Counted from the first letter of the stretch, positions 19,116 to 31,900 are shown. The stretch: DNA of 64,000 bases from an uncultured Acidobacteriota bacterium (GCA_963834645.1 CAWICP010000011.1:35332-99331); one strand, 5' to 3'. Program-made: numbers and translations. Notes: generated from the letters alone by a model not told the origin.

Positions 19116-21294
19116 CTAGAAGATCCAGCTCAGGCCCGCGTAGAAGCCCACGCGGCTGCCCGTCGTGTCGTAGAGATACGGCTGCCGAGTCGTTCAGGTC
19201 GCCGAACGACAGCATCGTGTTGACCATCACGTTGTTCGACGCCCGGACGTTCACGCCGACGTTCTGCGTGATGGTCCGGTAGTCGAGGTCGGAGAATGCC
19301 GCGAACGACGATGACATCAGGGGGAAGTCGAGGGCGCCGGCTGGCAGCGCGGTGCCCGGGATGATGTTCGACGAGTCGTAGACGAAGTCCTTCACCGTGG
19401 CGTTGCCGCTGTTGTACATCGTCGTCGCGAACACCTCGGTGCGCGAGCCGGCGGCGAACTGCAGGTTGAGGAAGGCGTTGTGGTTTTCGCTCTCGTAACC
19501 GGCCTGATCGAGCACGGACCCCAACTGGGTCCCGGTGACTCCGCCCGCTCAACCACCGAAGTTGAGCGTGCTGAACACCGTGTCCAGCGTGTCCTTCTGG
19601 TAGCCCCATCCGGCGGCCATGGTGAAGCGCGGCGTCGGGGCCACGTAGATCTCGACGCCGGGCATGTGCATCGCGTGGCCCCACGTCGAGTAGTTGAGCT
19701 CGTCGTTCGACTGGTCGCGGTAGCGGTAGTGGCCCGACACCGTGACCTGCTGCGACGGCGACCACGTGGCCGTCCCTTCGAGGAACAGCGTGTCGGTCGG
19801 GTGCGCCGACGAGGTTGGCCATCCGCGAGTCGTACATCTCGAAGTACTGCAGCGACTGCGGCCCGAACGGCAGCCCGCCCGGCGTCGGCACCAGCTGCAG
19901 GGCGGCCGGCTTGGCCGCGTTGATGTTGGCGAACGGGTCGGACGTCATGGCCTGCTCGTACCGGGCGCGCAGACTGACGGTCTTGTCCGGCCGCCAGTAG
20001 GCCGACGCCTTGAACAGTGTTGGTCGTCGTCTTCTCGACGTGGAACGTCTCGCGGGTGATCTCCTCGTACTCGTAGCCGAGGTTGATCGACGACCGCTTG
20101 CCCGGCCGGAAGGCCAGCTCGAGGGCCATCTCGGTGGGCGAACGGGAGGCGGCTGGACTCGGTGTTGTAGTCCAGCGGCAGCATCCCCGGGTACTGCTGC
20201 GCGTAGGTCAGGCCCGCCGCGGGCCCAGCCGGCGCGGTCAGCTCGACGACGTCCACGAACACGCTCTCGGTCTCGATCTCGTACTTGCGGAAGAGGCCCT
20301 TGAGGTAGGCCCTCTTGCCGAGCGGGAATCGTCACGCGCGCGTGCCCGCCCGTGAAGGTCGAGCCGAAGTCCGAGTAGTCGTTGTTCGACGACGAGTGCG
20401 TGAAGTTGCCCGAGACAGCCCCGTCGCCGGGCAGGGCATAGGCCGCCCGCACGGTGCTGGTCTGCTTGGTGAACTTCGGGAACAGGTCGAACGTCAGCGG
20501 CCCGTTGCCGTCGTCGTACTGCACGCGGCTCAGGAAGATGTCGAGCCAGCGTCACCGGATGGATGGCGTTGTCGTACGTGTTCGTCGGCGTCGGCGCGTT
20601 CTCTTCGAACGTCCGGTTCTCGAAGGTGTAGTCCGCCGTGAACCGGCCGGCGCTGATTCGCGCGCCCGCCGCCAGCGTGTTCGTCGTCTGGTCGAGCTTG
20701 CGGCCGAACGACTCGACGTGGCAGTTGGAGCAGTGCGACATCGTCAGACCCTGGTGCACGCCGTCGCGCATCACCATCTTGTGGCTGACGAAGAACTCGA
20801 CGTTCTTCGTCGCCGCGAAGCTGACGTCGGTGTTCAACAGGCCGTTGGTTGTCGAGTACTCCGTGCCGGGATCGTGATCGGTGGAGCGGACCACGAAGTT
20901 GCCGACTCCGGCATCCATGTAGTCCAGCGGATCATGGTCGAGCCGGTGAAGGAACCGGTCGAAGGTGATCGACGCCTTGAAGCGGCCGCCCGCCGCCCGA
21001 CAGGTACGCGCCGTACTTCTGGTCGCGGTTGTCGCCGCCGTGCGAGGCCAGCAGGTCGAACGTGAACGTGCCGTTGTTGCCCCACACCTGGGCGCCGAAG
21101 TTCGGCAGGGTGCCGTCCTTGGCGACCTCGAACTCGTTGAGGCGGTTCTGGCTGCCGTCGTTGCTGCCGACGATGGCGCCGGCGGTCACGATACCCTCGG
21201 TCTTGGGCTGAGGCGCTTGTGCGAGGACGCTGCCCGACAGGGCGGCGACCAGGACGAGGCCCAGCGTCACGGTCGAAAGAGGACGCATGCTCAT
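19116..21294 (-). CDS. decaheme-associated outer-membrane beta-barrel (MtrB/PioB-like) with a CxxCH motif and an in-frame UGA (candidate selenoprotein); several frameshifts
   Basis: Signal peptide, SHCSNCHV, beta-strand pattern, NFGG-UGA(19549-51)-AGGVTG in frame, C-terminus GFYAGLSWIF; directly downstream of the decaheme gene. Confidence 0.82.
19510..19541 (-). ncRNA. SECIS-like hairpin 3' of the barrel UGA
   Basis: mRNA GAG(U)CAC-CG-GGACCC-AGUUG-GGGUCC-GUG-CUC: 6-bp upper stem, G-containing loop, lower stem with bulged U. Confidence 0.65.
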
Positions 21295-21307
21295 GATGGT
21301 CACCTCG

Positions 21308-22303
21308 TTACCTGGAGAAGGCCTTGCCCTTGCCGGTCACGCCTTGTGACGGCAGGTCGGACCCGTGGACCTTGATGTGGCAGTTCGTGCAGCGCGTGTT
21401 GTAGCCCTGCATGAACCCCGTGGTGCCGCCCTTGTTCGAAATCAGGCCCGCCGACGGGCTCAGGTACGGCGTCGTCAGTCCCGCGCGCGCCGCGTGGAAG
21501 TGCATCTCGTGGCACTGCAGGCAGAGGAACGGCTCGTTCTGCTTCAGCATGTTGTTCGCCATCGCCCCGTGCGGGTCGTGGCAGGTCAGGCAGCTTTCTT
21601 CGACCGGGGCGTGCTCGAAGACCCAGGGCCCCTGGTGCTGCGAGTGGCACGAGAGGCACAGGTCGTTGATGCGCTCGGTCGACTTCACCGACTTGATGCC
21701 GGCCCCGTGCGACTCGTGGCACGAGCTGCAGCTCATCCGGCCCTCCTGGATCGGGTGACGGGACTGCTGCATGAGCTTGGTCCGGATCTGCTGGTGGCAG
21801 CCGAGGCACAGCTCGGTCTGCGGCTTGGCGAGCGAGCCGCGGGACGCGGGCGCGGTGGCGTGCGACACCGCCATGCCCTCGACGCCGGCCAGCTTGCCCA
21901 TCACCGTCCGCGACTGGTGGATCTTGTGGCAGTCGAGGCACGAGACGCCGGCCATCTGGTGCTGGCTGCCCGCCCATTCCATGGCGTGCCCCTGCCGGTG
22001 GCAGCTGAGGCAGGCCTGCGCCTCGTCGCTGCTCGACAGGGTCTTGAAGGATCGAATCGTGTCGGCGCCGCCGCCGGCCTCGGCGTGCTTCGCGCCGTTG
22101 CCGTGACAGGCCTCGCACCCGGCGTACTGGTTTCCGCCTTCCTTGAGCACCAGCCCCGAGTGGGCCGACCGGTCGAACTGCGCCACCACCTGGTCGTGGC
22201 AGCCCGCGCAGACCTCCTTGCCGGCCGGTGCGGCAGGTTGTTGAGGCGCCGCCGCCCCAACGACCGTGAAGGCCGCGATCATGAATCCGTGAATGAATGC
22301 CAT
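21308..22303 (-). CDS. DmsE/MtrA-type periplasmic decaheme c-type cytochrome
   Basis: Ten CxxCH (CAGCH, CEACH, CLSCH, CLDCH, CLGCH, CSSCH, CLSCH, CLTCH, CLQCH, CTNCH), GPWVFEHAPV, VHGSD; signal peptide; SD GGAGG. Confidence 0.95.
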   Translation of the reverse strand: MAFIHGFMIAAFTVVGAAAPQQPAAPAGKEVCAGCHDQVVAQFDRSAHSGLVLKEGGNQYAGCEACHGNGAKHAEAGGGADTIRSFKTLSSSDEAQACLSCHRQGHAMEWAGSQHQMAGVSCLDCHKIHQSRTVMGKLAGVEGMAVSHATAPASRGSLAKPQTELCLGCHQQIRTKLMQQSRHPIQEGRMSCSSCHESHGAGIKSVKSTERINDLCLSCHSQHQGPWVFEHAPVEESCLTCHDPHGAMANNMLKQNEPFLCLQCHEMHFHAARAGLTTPYLSPSAGLISNKGGTTGFMQGYNTRCTNCHIKVHGSDLPSQGVTGKGKAFSR

Positions 22304-22378
22304 CTGCTGCCCCTCCGGGCGCCAAACGAGTGTGAGAGCGTCAGACCCGACGAGGTACACGGGTCCGGGCAGAAGGGC

Positions 22379-22394
22379 TGCAAGGGCGGTGCCG
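22379..22394 (-). promoter_or_regulatory. sigma-54 (-24/-12) promoter of the decaheme-porin operon
   Basis: Minus strand CGGCACCGCCCTTGCA (GG-N10-GC), about 75 bp upstream of ATG. Confidence 0.75.
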
Positions 22395-22484
22395 CAGTCA
22401 GCTCGTCGGGAGCGCTTCGCGAGAGCGATGCAAACTTATGTAATGGAATGAGTTAGGTCGAACGTGTCTCCACGACGATCGGGC

Positions 22485-22599
22485 CGACGGAATCTGTCGT
22501 AATTGACAATCTGTCATGTGTGACGGCTCGTACGCCTGCCAGACGCGACAAGTTGTCAATTCCACCTCGATTCCGGCACCTGACGTGACAGCGTGTCAC
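22485..22599. promoter_or_regulatory. cluster of GAC..GTC palindromes, candidate activator sites
   Basis: CGACGGAATCTGTCG 22485-99, TGACAATCTGTCA 22504-16, CGACAAGTTGTCA 22546-58, GTGACAGCGTGTCAC 22585-99. Confidence 0.55.
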
Positions 22600-22775
22600 G
22601 GCGGGAGCGATCGGCGGGCGCGTCTCCGCGTGCTCTGGGCGCGGCGATGCCCTGCGGCGCGGTCTGCATCGGCCAGCCGGAATCGCGAGATCCATCGCGC
22701 GTGCGATTGGAGTATCATCGGGCGCACTCGCGGACTCTTTCATCCCCTACTTCCCTCGCGAAGGAGAGACGCAGC

Positions 22776-24104
22776 ATGGCCCTGAAAGACACCCTCAAGC
22801 AGAAGATCGAGGAGTTCCGTCCTCGAACGACGAAGCTCACCAAGGAGTTCGGCAAGATCGTCATCGACCAGGTCACGATCGACCAGGCCATCGGCGGGGC
22901 CCGCGACATCCGCAGCCTCGTGACGGACATCTCCTACCTCGACCCGCAGGAAGGCATCCGCTTCAGGGGCAAGACGATTCCCGAGACCTTCGAGGCGCTC
23001 CCGAAGGCGCCTGGTTCCAAGTACCCGACCGTGGAGTCGTTCTGGTACTTCCTGCTGACCGGCGACGTGCCGACGCAGGCGCAGGTCGACGAGGTCGTGG
23101 CCGAGTGGAAGACGCGGCAGGCCGTGCCCCAGTACGTGTTCGACGCGCTGCGGGCGCTTCCGCGCGAGACCCACCCGATGACGATGCTGTCGATCGGGCT
23201 GCTGGCGCTGCAGAAGGACTCGAAGTTCCTCGCCTATTACAACTCCGGCAAGTTCAACAAGATGGCCGCCTGGGAGTACGTCTACGAGGACGCGAGCGAC
23301 ATCGTCGCGCGCATCCCGATCGTGGCGGCGTTCATCTACAACCTGAAGTTCCGGGGCGACAAGCAGATCGGCATCGACCCGGCGCTCGACATGGGCGCCA
23401 ACTTCGCGCACATGATCGGCCAGAGCGAGGAGTACAAGGACGTCGCCCGGATGTACTTCATCCTGCACTCGGACCACGAGTCGGGCAACGTCTCCGCGCA
23501 CACGACGCACCTGGTGCACTCGGCGCTGTCGGATCCCTACTACGCGTACTCGGCGGGCCTGAACGGCCTGGCGGGCCCGCTGCACGGGCTGGCGAACCAG
23601 GAGGTGCTGAGCTGGACGATGGAGTTCCAGAAGAAGTACTGCGCCGACCAGGAGCCGACCAAGGAACTCATCACCAAGGCGCTGTGGGACACGCTCAACG
23701 CCGGCCAGGTGATCCCGGGCTACGGCCACGCCGTCCTCCGCAAGACCGACCCGCGCTACATGTCGCAGCGCGAGTTCTGCCTCGCGACGCCGGGCCTGAA
23801 GGACGATCCTCTTTTCAAGGTCGTCTCGATGATCTTCGAGGTCGCGCCGGGCGTGCTCACCGAGCACGGCAAGACGAAGAACCCGTGGCCGAACGTCGAC
23901 GCGCAGTCCGGCGTCATCCAGTGGTACTACGGCCTGAAGGAATGGGACTTCTACACGGTCCTGTTCGGCGTCGGGCGCGCGCTGGGCTGCATGGCCAACA
24001 TCACCTGGGACCGCGGCCTCGGCTACGCGATCGAGCGGCCGAAGTCGGTCACGACGGCGATGCTCGAGAAGTGGGCGGCGGAAGGCGGCCGCAAGCTGGC
24101 GTAG
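22776..24104 (+). CDS. gltA: citrate (Si)-synthase, eukaryote/Geobacter type
   Basis: SD AAGGAG; LDPQEGIRFRG, DHESGNVSAHT, GLAGPLHGLANQEV, VIPGYGHAVLRKTDPR, KNPWPNVDA, IERPKS. Confidence 0.95.
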   Translation: MALKDTLKQKIEEFRPRTTKLTKEFGKIVIDQVTIDQAIGGARDIRSLVTDISYLDPQEGIRFRGKTIPETFEALPKAPGSKYPTVESFWYFLLTGDVPTQAQVDEVVAEWKTRQAVPQYVFDALRALPRETHPMTMLSIGLLALQKDSKFLAYYNSGKFNKMAAWEYVYEDASDIVARIPIVAAFIYNLKFRGDKQIGIDPALDMGANFAHMIGQSEEYKDVARMYFILHSDHESGNVSAHTTHLVHSALSDPYYAYSAGLNGLAGPLHGLANQEVLSWTMEFQKKYCADQEPTKELITKALWDTLNAGQVIPGYGHAVLRKTDPRYMSQREFCLATPGLKDDPLFKVVSMIFEVAPGVLTEHGKTKNPWPNVDAQSGVIQWYYGLKEWDFYTVLFGVGRALGCMANITWDRGLGYAIERPKSVTTAMLEKWAAEGGRKLA

Positions 24105-24134
24105 GGCTCGCCGCGATCCGATAGACGCGTACGT

Positions 24135-24172
24135 GCGAAGGGGGGATGCCCGTCCGGGCATCCCCCCTTCGC
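24135..24172. terminator. hairpin terminator between convergent genes
   Basis: GCGAAGGGGGGATGCCCG-TC-CGGGCATCCCCCCTTCGC. Confidence 0.75.
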
Positions 24173-24218
24173 GTTCAAGCGTACGCCTTCGCCGGCTGCC
24201 GGCGCGCGCCCCCGGCCC

Positions 24219-24970
24219 TTACTGCTGGACCGGCCTGTGCCCGCTGTTCTGGATGACGACGGTGATGTTCTTGGCCGGCGCCTGCAGCGTCGTCTGGCCC
24301 ACGTAGATGGCACCATCGGGCAGCGAGGCCATCTGCACCGCCAGCGTCACGACGTCGTCTTTCGTGTCGAGGTAGCTATTCACGCCCATGCCGAGCAGTT
24401 TGTTGGCCTTGGGGTCGAGATCGATGGACAGCGCGTCGCCAGGCTTCAAGTACTGCGAGATCGACGAGGCGCACCGCCCCTCCGGCCTGAGGGTTCATCG
24501 CGACACGGCCGGCGTCCTTCGCGGCCTGGATCTGCTGCGGGTTCGGGAGGAACGTACTGATGGACGAGGGCCGCGGCCTTCTCCATGTACTCCTTCATCT
24601 CGTCCTTCTTGTTCTCGACGATCTGCTGCTTCAGCCTGCCGCCCCTGCCGCGGCCGCCCCCGCCGCCGCTCTGCTCCTGCGCCGGCGGCTGATCGAGGGA
24701 AATCTTCTGCACCTTGCCGTCGGCGCCGTAGTAGCAGCGGTTCTGCTTGCGCGCCTTCTCCTCGCCCTTCAGGCTGATGATGGTGGTCTCGACCCACTCG
24801 TACTTCCGGGCGAGGCCCATGCCCTGCTGCATCGTCTGCTTGAGGGCCGCGACATGGTCCTGCGCGCCCCCGCCCGCGGCCTGGGCCGGTGGCTGCTGCG
24901 CCTGCAGGACTGCGCCGACGCCGAGCGCGGCGGCGGCGGTCACGATTGCCGAAATCTGTTTCCACGTCAT
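24219..24970 (-). CDS. secreted hypothetical protein (frameshifts near 24540 and 24470)
   Basis: Signal peptide MTWKQISAIV..LQAQ; YEWVETTIISLKGEEK..CYYGADGKVQK; C-terminal part in ORF 24219..24449. Confidence 0.7.
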
Positions 24971-25198
24971 GATGGTCAACTCCCCTGTCCTTGGCCTTCG
25001 CCGAGCGCACCGCTGCCGCGCGAGCGCAATCGCCGCGAGCACCCGGATGATCCGCTTCATGGTTGCCTGCTCCGCTGAACGTACCGCGACGCTCGGTCGT
25101 GATGTCCACCTTGAACGGCGCCGCTGCGCTCGGCTCTCTGGCGCACGTGACCCGCGGCGTCTCCGACGGCCGTCCGGAGGCCTTAGCAGGCCGACACG

Positions 25199-25236
25199 AC
25201 GAAGGGGGATGCCCGAGCGGGCATCCCCCCTTTCGT
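25199..25236. terminator. hairpin terminator after maeB, near-copy of the 24135 hairpin
   Basis: ACGAAGGGGGATGCCCG-AG-CGGGCATCCCCCCTTTCGT. Confidence 0.7.
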
Positions 25237-25254
25237 TGTCTGCCGCGCGGTCCG

Positions 25255-27528
25255 CTACTTCGGCGCGTCCGCCGTCACGGCCGTGATCGCCGCCACGTTG
25301 ACGATCTCGGCCACGGTCATGCCGTGCTGCAGCACGTTGACGGGCTTGCTCATGCCCATCAGGATCGGCCCGATGGCGTCGGCGTTGCCGAGGCGCTGCA
25401 CCAGCTTGTAGCCGATGTTGCCGGACGTGAGGTCCGGGAAGACCAGCACGTTCGCGTCGCCCTTGATGCGCGAGTGCGGGTAGTTCTTCGTCGACGATCT
25501 CCTCGACGACGGCCGTGTCGAGGTGCATCTCGCCGTCGACGACGATGTCCGGGTTCTTCGCCGCGCACGATGTCGACGGCGCTCGGCGACCCGCTTCGAG
25601 ATCGGGTGCGGCACCGAGCCGAAGCTCGAGAACGCCAGCAGCGCCACCTTCGGCTCGATGTCGAAGCTCCTGCGCCAGGTCGGCCGCCAGCAAGGCGATC
25701 TCCGCCAGTTCCTCGGCGCGTCGGCTCGATGTTCACCATCGTGTCGGCGCAGAAGAAGATCCGGTCCTTCAGCACGAGCACGTGCGCCGCCGACACGCGC
25801 GAGACGCCGGGCTTCAGCCCGACGATCTGGATGGCCGGCCGGATGGTCTCCGGGTAGGCCTTGAACATGCCGCCCACGAAGCCGTCGGCGTCGCCGCGCT
25901 GCACCATCATCAGCCCGTAGATGGTCGGGTCCTTCACCAGGTCTTCCGCGGCCGGCAGCGTCACGCCCTTGCGCTGCCGCAGCTCGTACAGCGCCTCGGC
26001 GTACGCCGCGCCGTGCTCCGGGTTCGGCACGTTGACGATCTCGAACTCGAGCTGCTCGATGCCGAGGCGCGGCGCGCCTTCTCGCGGATCGCCTGCTCGT
26101 TGCCGAGCAGGACGGGCATCGCGATCTTCTGGTCGACGATGTCGCGGGCGGCGCGGATGATGGAGTCGTGCTCGCCCTCGGGGAACACGATGCGCTTCGG
26201 CGCGTCGTTGCGCGCCTTGCGGACGACGAAGTGCATCACCTTGCGCGACGGGCCGAGCAGGCGCTCGAGCTGCTCGCGGTAGGCGCTCCCAGTCGGTGAT
26301 CGGCTTCTTCGCCGCGCCCGTGTCGCACGCGGCCTTCGCCACCGCCGGCGCCTCCCACGTGAGCACGCGCGGGTCGAACGGCTTCGGGATCAGGTACTCG
26401 CGGCCGAACGACATGCTCTTCACGCCGTACGCCTTCAGCACCGACCTCGGGCACGTCCTCCTTCGCCAGCGCCGCCAGGGCGCGCGCGGCCGCCATCTTC
26501 ATCTCGTTGTTGATGGCCGTCGCCCGCACGTCGAGGGCGCCGCGGAAGATGAACGGGAAGCCGAGGACGTTGTTCACCTGGTTCGGGTAGTCCGACCGGC
26601 CCGTCGCCATGATGACGTCCTTGCGCGCCGCCACGGCCAGCGGGTACGGGATCTCCGGATCGGGGTTCGCCATCGCGAACACGATCGGGTTCGCCGGCCA
26701 TCGTCTTCAGCATGTCGGGCGTGACGAGGTCCTTGGCCGACACGCCGACGAACACGTCGGCGCCCTTCATGGCGTCGGCCAGCGTGCGCGCCTTCGTGTC
26801 CACCGCGAAGCGCTCCTTGTACGGGTTCATCTTCTCGGTGCGCCCCTTCCAGATCACGCCGACGGTGTCGACGAAGAGGATGTTCTCCCGCTTCACGCCG
26901 AGGTTCAGGTACATGTCCGCGCAGGCGATGCCGGCCGCGCCGGCGCCCGCGAAGACCACCCTGACCTGGTCGATCTTCTTGTTCGACGATCTCGAGCGCG
27001 TTGACCAGCGCCGCGCCGGAGATGATGGCCGTCCCGTGCTGGTCGTCGTGGAACACCGGGATGTCCATGATCTTCTTGAGCGTCTTCCTCGATGTAGAAG
27101 CACTCGGGCGCCTTGATGTCCTCGAGGTTGATGCCGCCGAAGGTCGGCTCGAGCAGCTTGACGAGCTTGATGATCTCGTCGGGATCGTGGGTGTTCAGCT
27201 CGATGTCGAAGACGTCGACGTCGGCGAACCGCTTGAAGAGGACGCCCTTGCCTTCCATGACCGGCTTGCCGGCCAGCGCGCCGATGTCGCCGAGCCCCAG
27301 CACGGCGGTGCCGTTCGACACGACCGCCACCAGGTTGCCCTTGCCCGTGTAGCGGTAGGCCAGCTCCGGGTCCTGCTCGATCTCCAGGCACGGCCGCGCC
27401 ACGCCCGGCGTGTAGGCCATCGACAGGTCGCGCTGCGTCAGGCAGGGCTTCGAGGTGACGACCTCGAGCTTCCCGGGCCTGGGTTTCTCGTGGTAGTCGA
27501 AGACATCTTCGTCGCTGATCTTGATCAT
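25255..27528 (-). CDS. maeB: NADP-dependent malic enzyme with phosphotransacetylase-like domain (many frameshifts)
   Basis: [98 protein letters not shown]. Confidence 0.93.
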
Positions 27529-27565
27529 GGCTGTGGCCTCACGGGGTATGAATGGCGCCTATAGC

Positions 27566-28944
<1,379 letters not shown>

Positions 28945-28948
<4 letters not shown>

Positions 28949-30006
28949 GAGGCGGCGACCTCGGCCGCCGCGCTCGGGCGCGGGGCGCACGCGCAGGGCC
29001 CCGACTCGGCCCGCGACGGCGGCAGCTTGATGGTGAACCTCGTGCCGCCGCCCGGTGCCGGGCCGAAATCGAGCTCCCCGCCGTGGTCGCGGACGATGTG
29101 CGCGGCGAGCGGCAGGCCCAGCCCCGTGCCCTCCGGCTTGCTGGTGAAGAACGGCTCGAAGATCTGGCAGCGCAGCTCCTCGGGGATTCCGGGGCCGGTG
29201 TCGTCCACGCTCAGCGTCACCGCCTCCGTCGGCGAGGACGTCCGTCGAAATCGTCAGCCGCCCGCCGCCGGGCATCGCCTGCATGGCGTTCCGGACGAGA
29301 TTCAGGGCGGCCTGCTTGATCTGGTGCGGATCGATGAGGGCGCACGGACAGCCGTGCGACAGCTTCGTCTCGACGGTGATGCCGGACCGCCGGGCCTCCT
29401 CGCGCACCAGGTGCGCCAGCTCCTCGACCACGGCATTCAGGCTCTGATGGGCAGCCGCAGGGCGAGGCGGGCGGGCGAACGCCAGGTACTCGTCGGTCAG
29501 GTGCTGCAGGCGTTCCGCTTCCTTCTTGATCGACGCGATGAGGGCCGTGGCTTCGACGCGCTCTCGCACCCGCACTTCGCCGCCTCTTCCTCCAGCAGCT
29601 CCGTGTTCAGCATGATGGAACTGAGGGGGTTGCGCACTTCGTGCGCCACGTGCGACGCGAGCTTGGCGAAGGCCGCGAGGCTCTGCCGGCGCTGCTCGCA
29701 GTCGCCCACACGTGCCTGCAGCGCCAGCTCCTCGCGCGCCCGGGCGGCCTCCTGCTCGGCGGCGATCCGCCTGGCGCGGTTGCGCATCAGCCCGTGACCG
29801 GCGGCCAGCGCCGTCACGGCCACCAGGACCAGCAGGAGGTCGTCGACGGCCGTGGAGTGCAGCAGGCTGTGCGCCACGAGGAAGGCGGCGGCGACGACGG
29901 CCAGGCCCATCGTCGGCCAGAGCTGTCTGGCAAACCTGGGCAGGGCAAGCGCTGGGGTCGGTGACTCGGCCACGGGGATCAGGGCTCCAGGGTCAGCAGG
30001 GACCAT
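28945..30006 (-). CDS. sensor histidine kinase with two short TM helices (frameshifts; start approximate)
   Basis: VAHEVRNPLSSI, NLVRNAMQA, DTGPGI, FFTSKPEGTGLGL. Confidence 0.88.
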
Positions 30007-30075
30007 TGTAGTGATTCTCCCGTCCCTTGACACCCTCCCCATGGAGGGGCAGCATGAGCAGCACCGGAGCACACC

Positions 30076-31802
30076 ATGAAGACGTTCTCGCTGCAGCGTC
30101 GATCCGCTGACCAACGAGGAATACTGGGAGGTCTACCTCCGGGGCCAGCAACTGCTGAACGAGCCGCTGCTCAACAAGGCCTCCGCCTTCACCCAGGAGG
30201 AGCGGCTGTCGCTCGAGCTCTCCGGCCTGCTGCGCACCGGGGTCTCGACGCTCGAGCTGCAGGTGCAGCGCTCGCTCGACAACTTCCGGCGCAAGCCCGA
30301 CGACATCGAGAAGTACATCTTCCTCCAGGGCCTGCTGAACCGGAACGAGGTGCTGTTCTACCGGCTGCTGGGCGACAACCTGACGGAGATGGTGCCGATC
30401 GTCTACACGCCCACCGTCGGGCAGGCCTGCCTGGAGCTGAGCCACATCACCCGGCGGTACCGCGGGATCTACCTCAGCCCGGAGAACATCGCCAACATCG
30501 ACCAGATCTTCCAGGGCGTGTCGCTGCCGAGCGTCAACCTGATCGTGGTCACCGACGGCGAGCGCATTCTCGGTCTCGGCGACCTCGGGTCGGACGGCAT
30601 GGGCATTCCCATCGGCAAGGTCACGCTCTACGTCGCCGCCGGCGGACTGCACCCGGGATGCTGCCTCCCGATGACGCTGGATGTCGGCACGAACAACCCC
30701 CGGCTGCTCGACGACCCGCTGTACCTCGGCTGGAGGCACCCGCGGCTGGAGGGAGACGAGTACTGGGATTTCATCGAGAAGTTCGTGCTCGGCGTCCGCC
30801 GGAACTTCCCCGAGGCGCTGGTCCAGTGGGAGGACTTCGCCAAGCACAAGGCGTTCACGCTGCTCGAACGGTATCGCGACCGCGTGCCCTCGTTCGACGA
30901 CGACATCCAGGGCACCGGCGCGGTCGCCGCCTCGGCCCTGACGACGGCGATGCGCATCAAGGGAGGCCGCATGGCCGACCAGCGCATCGGCATCGTGGGC
31001 ATGGGCCAGGCGGGCATCGGCATCGCCACCAACGTGCTCGCGCTGCTGCGCGCGGAAGGGCTGAGCGAGGCCGAGGCCCGCAGCCGCATCTACACCTGCG
31101 ACACGCCGGGCCTGCTCTGCGAGGACACGCCCGGCCTCTCGAAGTGGCAGCAGGCCTTCGCCAGGCGCCGGGCGGATGTCGCGGGCTGGACGCTGGAATC
31201 GAGCGATCGCATCGGCCTGATGGACGTGGTGCGCAACGCGAAACTGACCGTGCTGGTCGGCGTCACGGCGCAACCCGGGCTGTTCAGCGCCGAGGTGCTC
31301 TCGACGATGGCCGCCCACGAGCCGCGGCCGGTCATCATGGCGCTGTCGAACCCGACCAGCAAGTGTGAGTGCACGGCCGCCGACGTGGCGAAGGCCACCG
31401 ACGGACGCGGGATGTTCGCGGCCGGAAGCCCGTTCGCCGATGTGCGGTGGGGCGATCGGACGCTGGTGACCTCGCAGTGCAACAACCTCTACATCTTCCC
31501 CGGCGTCGGCCTTGGCGCGCTGGTGGCCAAGGCGCCGAAGGTCACGCACGGGATGTTCCTGGCCGCGAGCCGCGCGTTGAGCGCGCTGGTCACGCCGGAG
31601 CAGGAGGCCCAGGGCCATCTGCTGCCGCCGATGGAGGACATCCGCAGGGTCTCCCGGGCGGTGGCGACGGCCGTGGCGATCGAGGCGAGGGACGTCGGGC
31701 CTCGGCCGCCTGCTCGGAGACGACGAGTACGCGCAGGTCGTGGAACGGGCGCAGTGGGCGCCGGAGTACGCGCACTTCCGGCCGGGGAAGGCGGGGGGCT
31801 AG
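30076..31802 (+). CDS. maeA: NAD-dependent malic enzyme (frameshifts near both ends)
   Basis: [69 protein letters not shown]. Confidence 0.93.
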
Positions 31803-31900
31803 GGGCTAGCGGCTCGGGACGGCCTGCAGGCGGCTACGGCGGCTACGGCGGGACGCTGGCGATTCGCGGAGCCGCGGCAACAGGACCGGGAGGAACGGCG

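Noticed and set aside
25255-27528. Programmed frameshifting or true pseudogenisation of maeB and similar genes
   Set aside because: The breaks are numerous, lack slippery-site context and leave all catalytic motifs intact; sequencing error is the simpler explanation
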